A DNA stretch of 64,000 nucleotides from the human T2T-CHM13v2.0 reference genome, Homo sapiens, in NCBI RefSeq assembly GCF_009914755.1, contig NC_060935.1; one strand, 5' to 3'. The notes below the pieces were generated by a model. The model saw nothing but the letters and a program-made list of their open reading frames with translations, searched no databases and had not been told where the DNA came from. The first letter of the stretch is position 1, and each line of letters opens with the position of its first letter. The position numbers were made by a program, and so were the translations under genes. This document shows positions 45,051 through 59,571 of the stretch, one piece after another.

Positions 45051-46789
45051 TTGCACACAAATTGAGCCTAGTACCTTTACTATTAAATACCAAATTAAGA
45101 AAAAATTGACATTTGCCTGGAAATGTAGATCTTCAAACTTTTTTATTCTCTTTTCTTCTCTTTCTCCCTATCCCAAACAAAAAAAAAATAAACCCAGAGA
45201 AGAATAAATTGTTAACTTCACATATTTACATAAGCAACATTTAATCATTAAATGAGATAGCATTTGCCAAAAACCTGATTTTTACATGACAGTTTTTTGA
45301 AACATGTGGCTACTGAGGAAATTAACCAATTGCTCCTTGAAATAATCATTTTTTCTTTTTGTTTTAATTTCCTTCAAGACTCTTTAGAGCCTTTAATTTT
45401 TTTTTAAATAGAAGACTTTGAATTATCATAACATTTATTCAAACTGAGTGTGGTTGGGTCAGGCTTCAAGCACTTCTACAGGATTTATGTCATTATTAAT
45501 AGTCCACCAAGTTAGTAGAGGTCACCAAAAGAACTAGTACTAATACAGAAGGAAACAGTTTAGTAAATACCCATATAGTTGCTTTTGAACCCAATTTCTC
45601 AAAGGAAGTAAATAAACTTTCTTATCTAACTAAAAAGTTAGAGATCAGTTTGACTGAATCCAGAGACTCAGACACTGTTGTCAAAGATCTTTCTTTCTGT
45701 GTTGTCCAACATCTTTTTCTTTCTCTGTCTCCCTCTACATTTTTTTGATTTGGATTCACCATCTCCTACTGTAAACAACTTTACCGTAATAGTTTAAAAA
45801 TCTCTAAACTCACATATTTTCATTACTGGGGGAACAATAATCCTGGTGAGATATTTTATTGTTCTAAACCAATTACTTTGGCTAAAGGGTGCAGACCTTT
45901 GGAGGAGTTATCTCCACCCAAGACTGGGACAAGATCCCAGCTGCTCAGTTACTGTGATAAAAAATTCCACCTGAAATACATGGTGTGAGAAGATATCCCC
46001 AGAGTATAAGTTTCAACTAGAAAAAATAAAAGAAAGAAAGAAAGAAAAAAGAGTCATACTGGCATGTGTGGGAGTCAGGAATGAATTTAATGCAGAAAAT
46101 CCAGTGTAGGACTCAAGATCACTGAAAGATATAGCAAAGCCACCTTTTGGAAAGAACCTGGTTTCAGAATGACTCCTGGAACAGTGTTCATCTGCATGGA
46201 CATTACCACTTTTGTGAGCAAGAAGGACAACTTCGTTGTGTTACAGACAAGGAGAGGACAGAGAACTAAATATTTTAAAGGGGAAAAAAAGGAAAGTGCT
46301 TTATTGAAGAGGCGGGATGCAAATTGAGTCCTGACAAACGAGCTGGTTTGTTACAGTCAGAAATGATAAAAACATTTAAAAACAAACAATGCAAAACAAA
46401 AACCTATTGTTTTTTACCAATTGTAAAAATATAACAAAAGTATATTGATGACAAATTGAGTTAATTGGTCTAATTAGTATTAATGCAAAGAGAAGGATGT
46501 GAGAAATACATATATATGTCTAGATGAGGTTGCTTCAGAGATTTCACTGCAATAGTTTTCAAGTTGAACTAAGGAAACATGTAGAAATGCAACAAAAAAT
46601 TCATGGTATTTATGCTGCCATTTAAAGTCCTAGTCCATGGTCACATCTGTATTAATCACAACACCCTTTCCCAATGAGTACAAAGAGGGTCTTAAAATCC
46701 TTTGTATATAGCATTCATGCATCACTGCCAATCAACTGGAGATGGCAGTTGAAACAAAGCCTCAAAGTGCATTTGCCATAAATCAGAAA

Positions 46790-46945
46790 ATCCAAATTCA
46801 AATCTGAACTTTTCCATGGCTTGTGTCATCTCTGGCTAGTTGCAGCCTCCCTAAATTGCATTTTTCTCATTGGTAACATAGGCTACTTCAAAAATTTGTT
46901 CCTCACATCAAATAAGCTAACACATGTGAGATTATTTTGTAAATA
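46790..46945 (+). mobile_element. MIR relic
   Basis: aattcaaatctg...ttgtgtcatctctggctagttg...cctccctaaattgcatttttctcattggtaa. Confidence 0.45.
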
Positions 46946-47302
46946 TACAAAATTGGCATGCAAATTTATGGAGGAATTTTTTATACACCTTCGCTAACCT
47001 GCTTTATAGCTTACCTCTTAATTTCCATATCTATTTGAGTTGGAAAATCACATATTCTTTCTGTAGGTACACTTTCCAAGTAAAGCAGCAGTCAGACACC
47101 AATGCCAACATACTTGTTTTTAATATTTTCCAGTTCTTAAGAAAAAGGTGTTGTTATTTATGTACTGGTCACCTGTCTTGATATATTTGAATTCAAATAC
47201 ATAGTATAATTTTTTTCTCTTATACAAGTCTATCTGTATGTTTTCTTTTCCATTGATTTATTAGAATAAAAATACTTTACCAGGATAGAAATTGCTTATT
47301 TT

Positions 47303-47625
47303 GGCTGGGCACAGTGGCTCATGCCTGTAATCCCAGCACTTTGGTAGGCCGAGATGGGCGGATCACAAGGTCAGGAGTTCGAGACCAGCCTGGCCAATAT
47401 GGTGAAACCTCATCTCTGTTAAAAACACAAAAATTAGCTGGGCGTGGTGGCAAGCGCCTGTAGCCCCAGCTCCTTGGGAGGCTGAAAACGGAAGAATCGC
47501 TTGAACCCGAGAGGTGGAGATTGCAGTGAGCTGAGATCACACCACTGCACTCCAGCCTGGGTGACAGAGCAAGACTACGTCTTGATAATAATAATAATAA
47601 TAATAAGAAGAAGAGAAGTAGAAGA
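47303..47625 (+). mobile_element. Full-length AluS (AluSg-like) with a (TAA)n(GAA)n tail
   Basis: ggctgggcacagtggctcatgcctgtaatccc...; 16-bp TSD agaaattgcttatttt (47287-47302) / agaaattgcttctttt (47626-47641). Confidence 0.97.
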
Positions 47626-49134
47626 AGAAATTGCTTCTTTTATGCCTGTAAGTAATTAACTACTATTTGTAAAGATATTAAAGTGTTTATAATTATATAA
47701 CTATATTATACTTATTTTTATTAAAACATCTTACAAAGTGAAATAAAAATAGACATCACTGAATCACAGGTTCTAGATTTAAATAGACTAAAATGTCTCC
47801 AGTTATTTCCTTCCTATACATCATTTTGAAATAAAGTACACTAATATTTTACAGACAGTCCTTGGATGGGCCATATAGTTGCCAGACATCTTCTTTCCTC
47901 CATTCATCCAATCAAGTATTTTATTTTAAGGATAATGCTCTATCACTGAATATTGTTGTGTGAGACATAAAATTTCTATATGTATGCATGGTCTCTTACA
48001 GAATAAAAGTAAACTAAGCTCCTGAAAAGGAGCATGCAATATTGATTCAGGCAAAAATGACAAAGGTGAAGAAAGACATGTAACTGCAATCTACTCAGAA
48101 TTTGTGTATAGTATAAGAATTACGGACAAGGATGATTGTACATCTCATAATGGAAATGACATAGAGGATGTCCCAGCTCCAACCTTTATTCTCTGTAAAG
48201 ATTTTCAAAGTATTATGGAGAGAAGTCATGAAATACCCAGAATGCCAAAGGGGCCACAGTCAGTAAAGGAAAGGTTTATATTCATATAAGATTCATGTGA
48301 AAGGGAAGTACATGCTGGGTGGAATTGATAAAATAGAATCAAACTTTAGCCCAATATTACTAATGGGCCTTTCCTGCATCTGAAACTATTTTGATGATGG
48401 AAAATTTGTTGCTTTTTGTAGAATTTTTTTAACTCTTGCCCTGCATTAGTTTACACGTGTCAACTTACCCATTCAAGTACATAATCACTTTTTTCTCTCT
48501 GCAGTGAGTCTGCTTGAACATTACCCCAGATGGATTGTCTCACATCTGCCCTAATGCCAACTTTGGTCTTATCTTTACCAAAGATGAGGAAAGAAGCACC
48601 AATGTGATGAATTTGTCAAGCTTATTGAGCAAAATGAATTGCCACTTCAGTTCGATAAAGTCCGTTAATTGTACTCAGTATTTGTTAATTTATTTACCTA
48701 ACATTATTCATTTGCAATCCCATTTAATCCATTCTCTGGATAAACTATGCCTAGAATTGCAAAGTGTATACCCCCAAGTAATGAGAGGACAGTGAGAACA
48801 CTCTTACATATGTTTGAAGAGTCTCTGTAGAAGAGTCGGAAGAACCTTTGACAGTTTCTTTGAACCAAGTGTAGATTCTGTCAGTTCTTAGGCTTATTCC
48901 ATAATTAAAATCTGTCTTCACAGGCTTGACTACCCTAAAGGTATGCATCTTGGACCTTATCAAATGCTGGTTGCAAATTGAGATTTTTATCTAGAGATTA
49001 TGGATGTCAAAACAATATTTTCTAACTTACGAGAAAGAAGTATTTGATTCACATTCGGAAAGATAGATCTTTTTGGAGGTAGTACTCATGCATTTATTTG
49101 TTTAAAAAATCAGCACATATTTGCCAATTTAGTA

Positions 49135-49370
49135 GAATGGAATGGAGAGGAGCATGGACTTTGGAATTAGACGATCTTGTATTTCATTTACAGCTCTACC
49201 ACACTTGAAATATTTAAGTTTTATCAAATCATTGGATAAATGACTTCATTTCTCTGTGCCTTAATTTTCCATCTATAAAATGATGAAGTTATTTTCTGGT
49301 TGGTTTGAATTTAGTACATGTTAATTGCTTGGCATAATGGCTTGCCCATATAGAAAAACTTGTTGATAGC
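49135..49370 (+). mobile_element. MIR relic
   Basis: gagcatggactttggaattagac...cagctctaccac...ttctctgtgccttaattttccatctataaaatg. Confidence 0.65.
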
Positions 49371-49559
49371 AGTAGTAATAATGGTGGTGATAGTGACAGT
49401 AGGGATAGTGGCAATGCAACTCTGTAAGGCTCTGTATTATAAATAAAAAGATAGCTTTTCATTCATCAAGGACTGTTATTACTTTGATGACAGCCATATT
49501 ATTATCTTTATTTATTCCCTTCGCATCCATAATCTTACTGTTCGTGTGTGTGTAATCCA

Positions 49560-49680
49560 TCAGTGTTAAATGAGGACAGGGACATTGTCTATTGTTCATT
49601 TTTATGTCTTTTAGCACCAAGAAGAATGATGCCTGGAACAAAGTACATGTTCGGTGAATATTTGTTAAATGAATAAATTG
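49560..49680 (+). mobile_element. LINE-2 3' terminus
   Basis: tgaggacagggacattgtct...tgcctggaacaaagta...aatatttgttaaatgaataaat. Confidence 0.65.
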
Positions 49681-49705
49681 CACTACTATCACCTTTGCTG
49701 TTTGC

Positions 49706-49736
49706 TGTGTGTGTGTGTGTGTGTGTGAGTGTGTGT
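49706..49736. repeat. (TG)n microsatellite
   Basis: Directly visible. Confidence 0.92.
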
Positions 49737-51211
49737 TTATCCCTTATATTACTGCTCTGTGTTGCTAGGAACAGGAGATGAGAAGAGTAAAATTAAATTT
49801 TCCCATGTCATCACCAACTATAGCTTCATCTTTTACTTCTCTAACAATTATAAGTGAGAACCTGGCTAAATAAAAGATTCTGGGAAATATATATCCTACT
49901 CTCATTTAATCACTCCTGGTAGGCATAATTATAAAAATTTGAAGTAATTCTAAGAATAAACTTTATTTCCTAGTTCCTATATATTGTAGTAGTTAGATGA
50001 TGATTTTGTATTTAAAAAAAGAGTTCCAAACTCAAACTAGTATTAAAGTTTAACTCTAGTTTAATTAAGTGTCCTATCTCATTGTTGTCATGTTATTCAA
50101 TCATGACATCACACTCCCCAGTTTAGCCTTTTTTTAAAAAAAATTACACCCAAAACTGTGTAAGGTGGTAAATATATCTCCAATTCTTCATCTTTTAAAA
50201 TCTAAATAACTACTGACCATATAAGAAGAAAGAAAAACAAAGATCACCAAGAAAAATCTTGTGTTTCTCTCATACTAGCTTCTTGCAATTCCTAAACAAA
50301 GGTGATTTTTATTAGTCTCTTTAGGATATCTGTCCCTAGTGAATTGGTTCTCTATCACAGTGGGGATAGGATCGAAGACTAGCCTGCTGATGACTGAGTT
50401 TCATATGTACAAGGGTAAACAATTCCACTTGTCAGTGGGAGATGGGCTTAATTATGCTTACAGCTGTGTCCCTCATGAGGCCATTCCTGCAACAATCTGG
50501 CTCTCTGCTTCTTTTCCTACAGTTCTCTACCATGGAGATGAAACTTTCTAGTCTAGTGTGTCAGCTCATGCTGACTTGAATCATTAACTGATTCCAGCTG
50601 TTCTCCCATAGCAACAGACAGTTTCACATCTGCAGGGCCATTTGGATCTCTGATATGAGTGGCAGAGATCACTGCTTGACTATGTTTTGCAATTTTAGGT
50701 TGTAGTTAGAATTGGAGTCAATTTAAAATGAAAAGTTTTGATTATGTTATATTCTGACTACATAGTGACTTTCAATGTCTATCTTTATGTGGGTTGAAAA
50801 GTAAACTCTACAATTTGAAATCCACATTAAAATAAGTGGAGATGGCACACATATACAAGGAACATAAATCAAGAACTTAAAACTAAAAATAAACTAGGAT
50901 TTATCATTAACTGTGAACAAAAAATAAGAATGTTGAATTTCCACTAATGAGCTATGTGACCCTAACAAGTAAGCTAACATCTCAGAATTTTTTTAATATA
51001 TAAAATAAAGTAAAATTAGATGATGTCTAGTGATATTTTGGCCCTTAATTATATGATATTATATTTTATGTTAAAAAGAGAATAGAAATACAAAAATATC
51101 ACAATTATATGAGAAACTGAGTTTTTGCTAGAAAACACAGAATGTTATAAATTGAAAAGACAGTTCTGCAGATCCTGGAAAAACACATGATTTGTATAAA
51201 ACATACCAAAC

Positions 51212-51711
51212 TGTTGGGAGCAAGCCCCCCAAAATCTGGCTATAAACTGGCCCTAAATAAAATCTCTGCAGCACTGTAACATGTTCATAATGACCCTAAC
51301 ACCCAAGCTGGAAGGTTTTGCGTTTATGGGAATGAGGGCAAGGAACACCTGGCCCGCCCAGGGTGGAAAACCGCTTAAAGGCATTCTTAAGCCACAAACA
51401 ATAGCATGAGCAATCTGTGTCTTAAGAGCGTTTTCCTGCTGCAGTTAACTAGCCCAACCTATTCCTCTAATTCAGCCCATACCTTCGTTTCCCATAAGGG
51501 ATATTTTAGTTAATTTAATATCTATAGAAACAATGCTAATGACTGGTTTGCTGTTAATAAATATGTGGGTAAATCTCTGTTTGGGGCTTTCAGCTCTGAA
51601 GGCTGTGAGACCCCTGATTTCCCACTTCACACCTCTATATTTCTGTGTGTGTGTCTTTAATTCCTCTAGCACCTCTGGGTTAGGGTCTCCCTGAACGAGC
51701 TGGTTTCGGCA
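51212..51711 (+). mobile_element. HERV-K(HML-3) solo LTR, MER9 family
   Basis: tgttgggagcaagccccccaaaatctggc...gttaataaatatgtgggtaaatctctg...gagctggtttcggca; perfect 6-bp TSD ccaaac (51206-51211 / 51712-51717), typical of ERVK. Confidence 0.92.
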
Positions 51712-52002
51712 CCAAACAACAGTGATTAATCCATAAATGGTAAGTGAATTTTGAGAGCAATGGTAATGAAATGTGATATTCAAAATCTATTATTTTAGAA
51801 AATGAAAACAAACTAGTGAGGTAAGAAAGGAGAGGGATTGATTTGAGAGGCTCAAAATGCTGCTCAGTCCTTATTTGCCTCTACCAGAAGAATAAATATG
51901 CATGTGCTTTCATCAGTGGTGAATATTATCTCTCAAGGTAACAAGCTTCTTTTAGACCATTTTATAAATCAACATATTTTCTACTTGAAAAATCAAACTT
52001 TT

Positions 52003-52307
52003 AGCTTGACATGGTGATTCATACTTGTAACTCCAGCACTTTGGGAGGTTGAGGTGGGGAGATCACTTGAGGTCAAAAGTTTGACATCAGCCTGGACAAC
52101 ATAATGAGACTCCATCTGTACAAAAATTAAAATGAAAAAATTAGCCAAGCCTAGTGGCACATGCCTGTAGTTCTAGCTACTCTAGAGTCAGAAGCAGGAG
52201 GATCACTTGTGTTCAGGAGTTAAAGGTTACAGGGAGCTGTGATCTCTCCACTGCCCTGCACCCTGGGTGACAAAGCAAAATCCTGCCTCAATTAAAAAAA
52301 AAAAAAA
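52003..52307 (+). mobile_element. AluJ (diverged, full length)
   Basis: ccagcactttgggagg...gatcacttgaggtc...caacataatgagactcc...ggaggatcactt...poly(A). Confidence 0.92.
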
Positions 52308-52749
52308 CACTTTCAAGATCTTCTGTTAAAAAGAACTTTTATAAAGATGACAGATGTTATTGAGAAAAAAAAACAAAACCTGTGCTCTCTGATTTCTATA
52401 AGCAGAACTAGTAGTTCAGGCCCTTTACATTCAAGGTTGGGCTTTTTTATTTCCTTCCTTCTTGTCTTCCTGCCTTCCTTCTTTCCTGCATGCATTTTTA
52501 TACTATCTGAACTTACAAAAGACTTGATGTGGCTTCAAAACTGTATTATCACAACAGTCTTTCAACTGGTGTCAGCTTCTAATATAGTGCCCATTTAAAT
52601 TATTCTTATAGTTGTACAGATGAGATCATTTAATTTGTATTATAAATTCTTGCATGCTTTACATGTTCTCACACCCTCTACTAATTTACGTAAATGTCTC
52701 AGCCTAGAATTCAAGACTTTACCCTACTAGTCTGATTTATATTATACAG

Positions 52750-52775
52750 ACACACACACACACACACACACACAC
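52750..52775. repeat. (CA)n microsatellite
   Basis: Directly visible. Confidence 0.95.
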
Positions 52776-53076
52776 TGTTTTTACTATAAATAGGATGAAT
52801 ATTAATTGCACTGTCCACTAAAGCCAACTATTCTAATGACTCTCACTCAAAAATATCTGCAAATTTCTGGCTTAGGAATCTTACTTCACATTGTTCACTT
52901 TACCTAGATTCCTCAGCTTACTTCTCTTCAATTATATCATTTCTTCCCTAGAAAATAAGGCTTCTTCAAATCACTTACAATCTCAGCAAAGACATGATTA
53001 CCAGATACACAATGGAACCTCCTTCCTGTCACTGGACACCTACAATTTACTTCTTCTTGCCATTTGCAATATATGC

Positions 53077-53260
53077 ATAGGTATGCTGGTAAATGTTGGG
53101 GGATGGAATATAAGGAGACACTAATTGTCAAAGTTTACAGATTGTTCTGATATAAATATTCTAACGATGGTTAATTTCAAGCTCACAAAATGACTTCACT
53201 GAATAAAAAGTTGAAAGAGATGTGCACAACTGGGTATTGTCCACCAGTACCAGCACATAG
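53077..53260. mobile_element. MER63-like hAT-Blackjack DNA transposon
   Basis: Ends ggtatgctggtaaatgtt / ccagcacata; internal atttcaagct...tcactgaat...gttgaaagagatgtgcacaa. Confidence 0.55.
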
Positions 53261-53489
53261 GGCTTGCTTCTTCAATCTGATCATTAAAAGAGGCTGAAGT
53301 GTAGGTAATACATTTTAAAATATTTGAAATTTTTATTTCTTCTTAAGAATACTCTGGCTATATGTAGCATCTATAGTGTACATATATTCTTTTCAAATGT
53401 CCAGAACGCCTTTCTGCGACATATGAGGATGAATGTAGTCAGGTGCTCTCCATCCCCAGAAATCTTACAATTTGATTCTCTGCAAAAAT

Positions 53490-53690
53490 GGTCTTTTTCA
53501 GAACACTTTACAATTCACATCCATTATATATCATTATTATTTTATCATCTTACCATATATATAATAATTGATTATTTTGTTTTTATAGATGAGGAAAATG
53601 CAGGTCAGCTGATATAAGCAATTGCTTCTAATATGTGAGAGACAGTTAATAACAGAGCCAGGACTTGATTCTAGATGTTTTGACTTCAAC
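53490..53690 (-). mobile_element. MIR relic
   Basis: ttttatagatgaggaaaatgcagg...aacagagccaggacttgattctagatgttttgacttc. Confidence 0.6.
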
Positions 53691-54011
53691 GTGAGGGGAA
53701 AAGCAACAGCAAAATGTTCACGTTTTAGCAGAAAATTCTTGACAAGTAAGATGTTAGCCTGGGATATTTAAGTAACTTGATAATGTGCATACATTGCTAT
53801 TCTTTACTCTTCAGAATTCAAAATTCATGTCAATTCAATATTTCCCTATATTTTAAATTGAATCAATAACTATTTTTTTCTTTCATGAATGTATCTCATA
53901 ACCCTGGCTAGTAGATTTAGATGGGCTAGGCTTCTTTAACTTATGTTTGTTCTTTTTGTTGAGTTGAACTAGTTTTTCTTAATGCTGACAGCTTTATCAC
54001 AAACTAAGAGC

Positions 54012-54386
54012 TGTTAAATTAAGTTTAGCCTAAAGCTGCCTCCTTACATATTTTAAGTTTGGCCTAAAGGTCTCTTTGAACATTATGAACTATAACCTAA
54101 CTGGATGGATAAGCAAATTGTAACCTACTCTTGTACCAATCATAGATTTCAGGCAATCACAGGCAGCCAGTTGTTCAAACTGTGTTCAAATAAGACTGAC
54201 ATTGAGCTGTAACCAATACAGCAGATTCTGTACCTTTCTCTCTGCCCATAAATTCTCCCCAACCACACAGCATTGCAGGAGTCTCTGAATCTGCTCTGAT
54301 TCTGAGGACTGCCCAATTCACAAATCATTTTATTTGCTAAATTAAACTCCATTAAATTTAATTTGTCTAAAGTTTTTATTTTAACA
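54012..54386 (+). mobile_element. ERV1 solo LTR, MER57 family
   Basis: tgttaaattaagtttagcctaaagctgcctccttacatattttaagtttggcctaaagg...ttttaaca; perfect 4-bp TSD gagc (54008-54011 / 54387-54390). Confidence 0.92.
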
Positions 54387-55339
54387 GAGCCAACAACCTA
54401 AAATAAGAGAAGCAAAGCCATGCTACTTAAATTCATTTGACAAAACCATCTGAGGGAACATAAAAAGAGTCTGTCTTTGATTCTTTCCAAAATCTTCCTC
54501 TTTGACTACTCTGAAATACTTCCATGGGTTTCTCCTCTTATCTTTATTCCTTTATATATATATTTTTCTAGCTATGCATTGCCTAACTTTGCCCAATATT
54601 TTTTCTTCCATATTCTTACCAGGTTAAGCATCTCAGATGCAAATTTATCTAAGCATTGATCTTTACCAAAGGCATTTGCATTTTAATAAAGGGCTAATGA
54701 AGATGAAGGCAGAGGAGGGTACATTTTAAAAAGAAGAGAAAAGGAAAGAAAATATAAGAAAGGTAGCAATTATATTTCTAGTGGAGTAGGATATCTTAAT
54801 TTACTTACTCATAAAGTCTGTCCAATTAATATCAGTAAGTGTGTAGGGGAGGAACAAATATGTCCACTCTATTGCATTACTGCCTTTCTTTCTGTTTAGT
54901 ATTAGTACTGCCAAAAACCAAAAATTTACAGTAAATTTTCACATAGTGTTTTCCAAATCAGGTCTTCTGCAGCACACAAAACATTCTCACGGATAGCTTA
55001 AATGCGTTTTTATGTACTGAGTGAGATTCTTGAGCAGATATTGAGGAAATGACATTTGTGGACATCTGATATTCTACCATCCAGTTTATGAAAGAGAGCT
55101 ATGTTCCTAATTCTACTATTCAGCAATTCTCCTAATTGCTGAGAAATAGTTGCCAGCACAAAAAAAAGTTTGTCTCTAGTTTAAATTAGAAACTCTCTGT
55201 GAAACGAAGGAAGAAAGAAATAAAGAAGGAAGGAGAAAGGAAAGAATGAAAGGAAAGAAAGAAAAAATGATTTTCTAAATATGCACTAAATAACAATGTG
55301 AAAACAATTTTAATGAAAAAACCAAACTCTATATTTTTT

Positions 55340-56378
<1,039 letters not shown>

Positions 56379-56411
56379 GTAGATTTAGGAAAAATTAGTT
56401 ATATTTTTTGG

Positions 56412-57418
56412 GTGGTGTGTCATGAATAATTTGTCCTTGCCCAAACAGAGGCCTCTCCTTTACCACTGACTCCTGGAAGTAATTTATAAATGCTTTAAAT
56501 TTCCTGAGTGATTGAAGTGTCTTTGTTACTCATAGTGAGCCTCTTGGACCACACTTAATAAAATATGCTAATGAGGTGACTCATGGTGGACCGTTTGAGA
56601 TACAGGATATAATGACCTCTAGGAAGAGGGGTGCTGAAAACTGAGTTCAACAACAGTGGCAATCAATCAATCAATCAGTCATGACTACATAAAGAAGCCC
56701 AATAAAAATTCCGTACACTGAAGCTTGGATAAATTTCATAGTTTGTCAATATTCCTTGCCCTAGTCCATTTAGTGTTGCTATAAATAAATATCTGAGGCC
56801 GGGTAATTTATAAAGAAAAGAAGTTTATTTGGCTCATCATTCTGCAGGCCATATAACAAGCATGGCACCAGCATCTGCTCCTGTTGAGAGCTTCACCGAG
56901 CTTCCTCTCATGGCAGAAGTCAAAGGGGAATAGGCATCACATGGCATGAGGAAGGAAGAGAGAAAGGAGAAAGGCACAAGGCCCTTTTTAACAATCAGAT
57001 TTTTGGGAACTAATGGAACAAAAATTCACTAACATGGAGAAAATAGCACCAAGCCATTCATGATTGATCTGGCCAGATGATCCCAACACCTTTCACCAAC
57101 AGCCCCACCTCCAATACTGGAGATCAAATTTTGACATGAGATTTGGAAAGGACAAATATCCAAAATGTATCATTGGCCATCCCTGGAGTGTAACGCATCC
57201 TGAGGACAACAGACACATTTTATTTGGAACCCTGTCTTTTTCTTTGGCTGGTTTCAATATATCATTTTCCTGTAATAAACTGTACTCAGTGTATGACAAC
57301 ATTCAGAGGGTTTTGTGAGTATTTCTAGCAAACTAAAAGTTGGTGTTCAAAGTGCTGGATAGAATTGAAGTCTGGAAGACTATGCCTTCAAACCTCACAA
57401 TTTGGCTAATTCCAGGTA
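56412..57418 (+). mobile_element. MER21-group LTR (MER21C/MER77-like) split by an MST LTR
   Basis: aagtgtctttgttactcat...tatgctaatgaggtgactcatggtgg...caatcagtcatgactac | cctgtaataaactgt...ttgtgagtatttctagcaaa. Confidence 0.65.
56757..57172 (-). mobile_element. MaLR solo LTR (MSTB-like)
   Basis: ctagtccatttagtgttgctataa...ccgggtaatttataaagaaaagaagtttatttggctca...caagcatggcaccagcatctgct...acaaatatccaaaatgtatca. Confidence 0.88.
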
Positions 57419-58049
57419 AGTGACCTAAAAAAATGTGGAAAACTAATTTATGTTAGTTTTTTGTTTGTGTGTTTGTTTCTCAATGTTAATTCCAGGATGC
57501 GAAAGCTCTGTATACTTGTCTTCAAATACTAAATTCCTATCATTGACTGAGATTTCTGTTTCAGTAAGAAAACATTAATATTGGAAATTACATGAGATAT
57601 TCAGAAAACTGCCTGTTCTTATTCAGAACCTCACATATGTTTATTGCTCTTTGAGAATTTAAAAATTTATATGTTTGTGAAATTACCCTTAGCAGAAATT
57701 AAGGGAGGAGACATTACCAACTAGAAGAAAGTTAAGCAATGGCTTACTTAGCATAAAGTACTGATGATAGAAGAAAAGAAAAAGAGAGGATATACTTAAA
57801 TGAATAAAATTATTCTACATTCGAGTTTTGGATGGTAGAGGAAATTCTTTTGTTACTATAATGAAGGAGCCAAGTCTTTAAGACACACTGCGTGTCCTCA
57901 CACTCTTTCATCAAATTTTCAAAACAGACATAAGTCCATTTCCATGAAACATCACAGTCTCTCAAGTTAAATGAGTTAGATGAACTTATGTAAGTATTGC
58001 CATAAGATCTTGAATTGCATTGATAAGTGTGCCAGCATGATTAAGATGT

Positions 58050-58786
58050 TGAAATGGCCTCGTTGTCTGGCGTGACACCAGAAGTTCTTTGTCTCACAGC
58101 CGAGGAAATTAAGGACAAAGAACCACACCAAGGGTGAGGTTAGAGCAGATGTTTAATAGGCAAAAGAAAGAAAACAGCTCTCTGCTGTAGAGAGGGGCCT
58201 CGAACAACGTTGCCCATTTCTCAGTGAAATGCTAGGGTTTTTATAAATGAGCTAGTGGGGAGTGGGTATCTTATCTACTTAAGACACAAAAAAACCAGTT
58301 AGGACTAGGTGTGTCATCCGCATAGGGCATGAATCTCTGGCAGCCACCACCCCAACCTTTTATTGCACAGGCAGATCCTTAGGCTAAGTTACTCCATGTT
58401 GCTTATTTTTTCCCCACTGTGCATGTGCTCGGCGGGGGCAGAACCATTCATGGTGAATGTGCCTGGCCCAAGGTAGTTCTTCTTATTCGTGTAGCTGCAA
58501 GCACCCCTCCCTCCCTGTCCCGCCCCTCCCCCCAAGCTTCCTTATCTTAGTATGGCCAAAAAAGGAAAGGAATGTGGTCACTAGGGCCCCCAATGTGCTT
58601 AATGGGGCCCACCTTGTGTATTTGAAGCTTGCTGATTACCCAGGAGGCTCTCCTTCTGTGCTGGAACTCCCTTCCTTATCTATGTTTGTAGCCCAATCTT
58701 CCAAGCTGCTCTTTGCTAGAGAGGGAATTCTGTTGAGGACACTTTGCCCTATCTGCCTAGCTGGTTTCTTCCTTTCTGCTCTCTCA
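58050..58786 (-). mobile_element. ERV1 solo LTR (LTR25/LTR9/MER50-like; exact family uncertain)
   Basis: Minus strand tgagagagcagaaaggaagaaaccagctaggcagatagggcaaag...ccagacaacgaggccatttca; TG..CA; TSD atgt/atat. Confidence 0.75.
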
Positions 58787-59571
58787 ATATTAAGATAAGA
58801 CTACTGAATTACATATTGTCTTTGTCACTTCCGATCTGTTCTATATAAAAGAGTTCCAAAATAAGCAACTTTGCTACAATAAGGGCAGAGATATATTTAT
58901 CTAGCTGAGATAATGATTCAACATTCCTATATTCTTTCAAATAATGGCATTATGAACATTTGGGAGAGAGAGAGCTAGATAAATTCCACTCCAGAGCTAA
59001 CCTCTATGCTTTTGACGAAATGCTAAATATTCCATCTTCTCTGTTGTAGCAAGTATATAAATTTAGAAAAAATACATTTTTTGCTATAATGTATTTGTGT
59101 GGCATTTGGTAAACTACACATTTTAAAATATACATCAATCATCCTGATAAGCAACCTATTTAAAGTGTTAATATGTAATACCAAGTGATGCCTGTTGGTG
59201 GCTAAATATGTACAGATCTTTCTACAATGCTTGATCTTATAAACTTTGCCCCAGATATATAATTGTTAACTTTCTAATAGAACTTAGCTTCTATTGCATG
59301 GAAATGATTCCATGTCTTTGGACTTTAAATTATCAACCTGTGGATGTTCTCTAGTAGTCTCTATTTTTGAAGATGCAGTAACCAGCCAAGCTGCGGTACT
59401 CAAAGTATGTATGCAGTGAATTTATCTTCCTTATATGAGTAAAAATTTTCATAAAGAGAAGCAACATGATTAAGCTGCAAATTCTGTTACCCATACAAAG
59501 ATTATTTTTTTAAAAAAATTATCTTCTCTGTAAGTATCAAATATGCCACATGCATTTAATTAATGTTCCTT

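Noticed and set aside
46952-46965. SOX-OCT-like motif attggcatgcaaat and other isolated octamers (13650, 46317)
   Set aside because: The SOX half is mismatched, and single 8-mers are expected by chance in 64 kb of AT-rich DNA.
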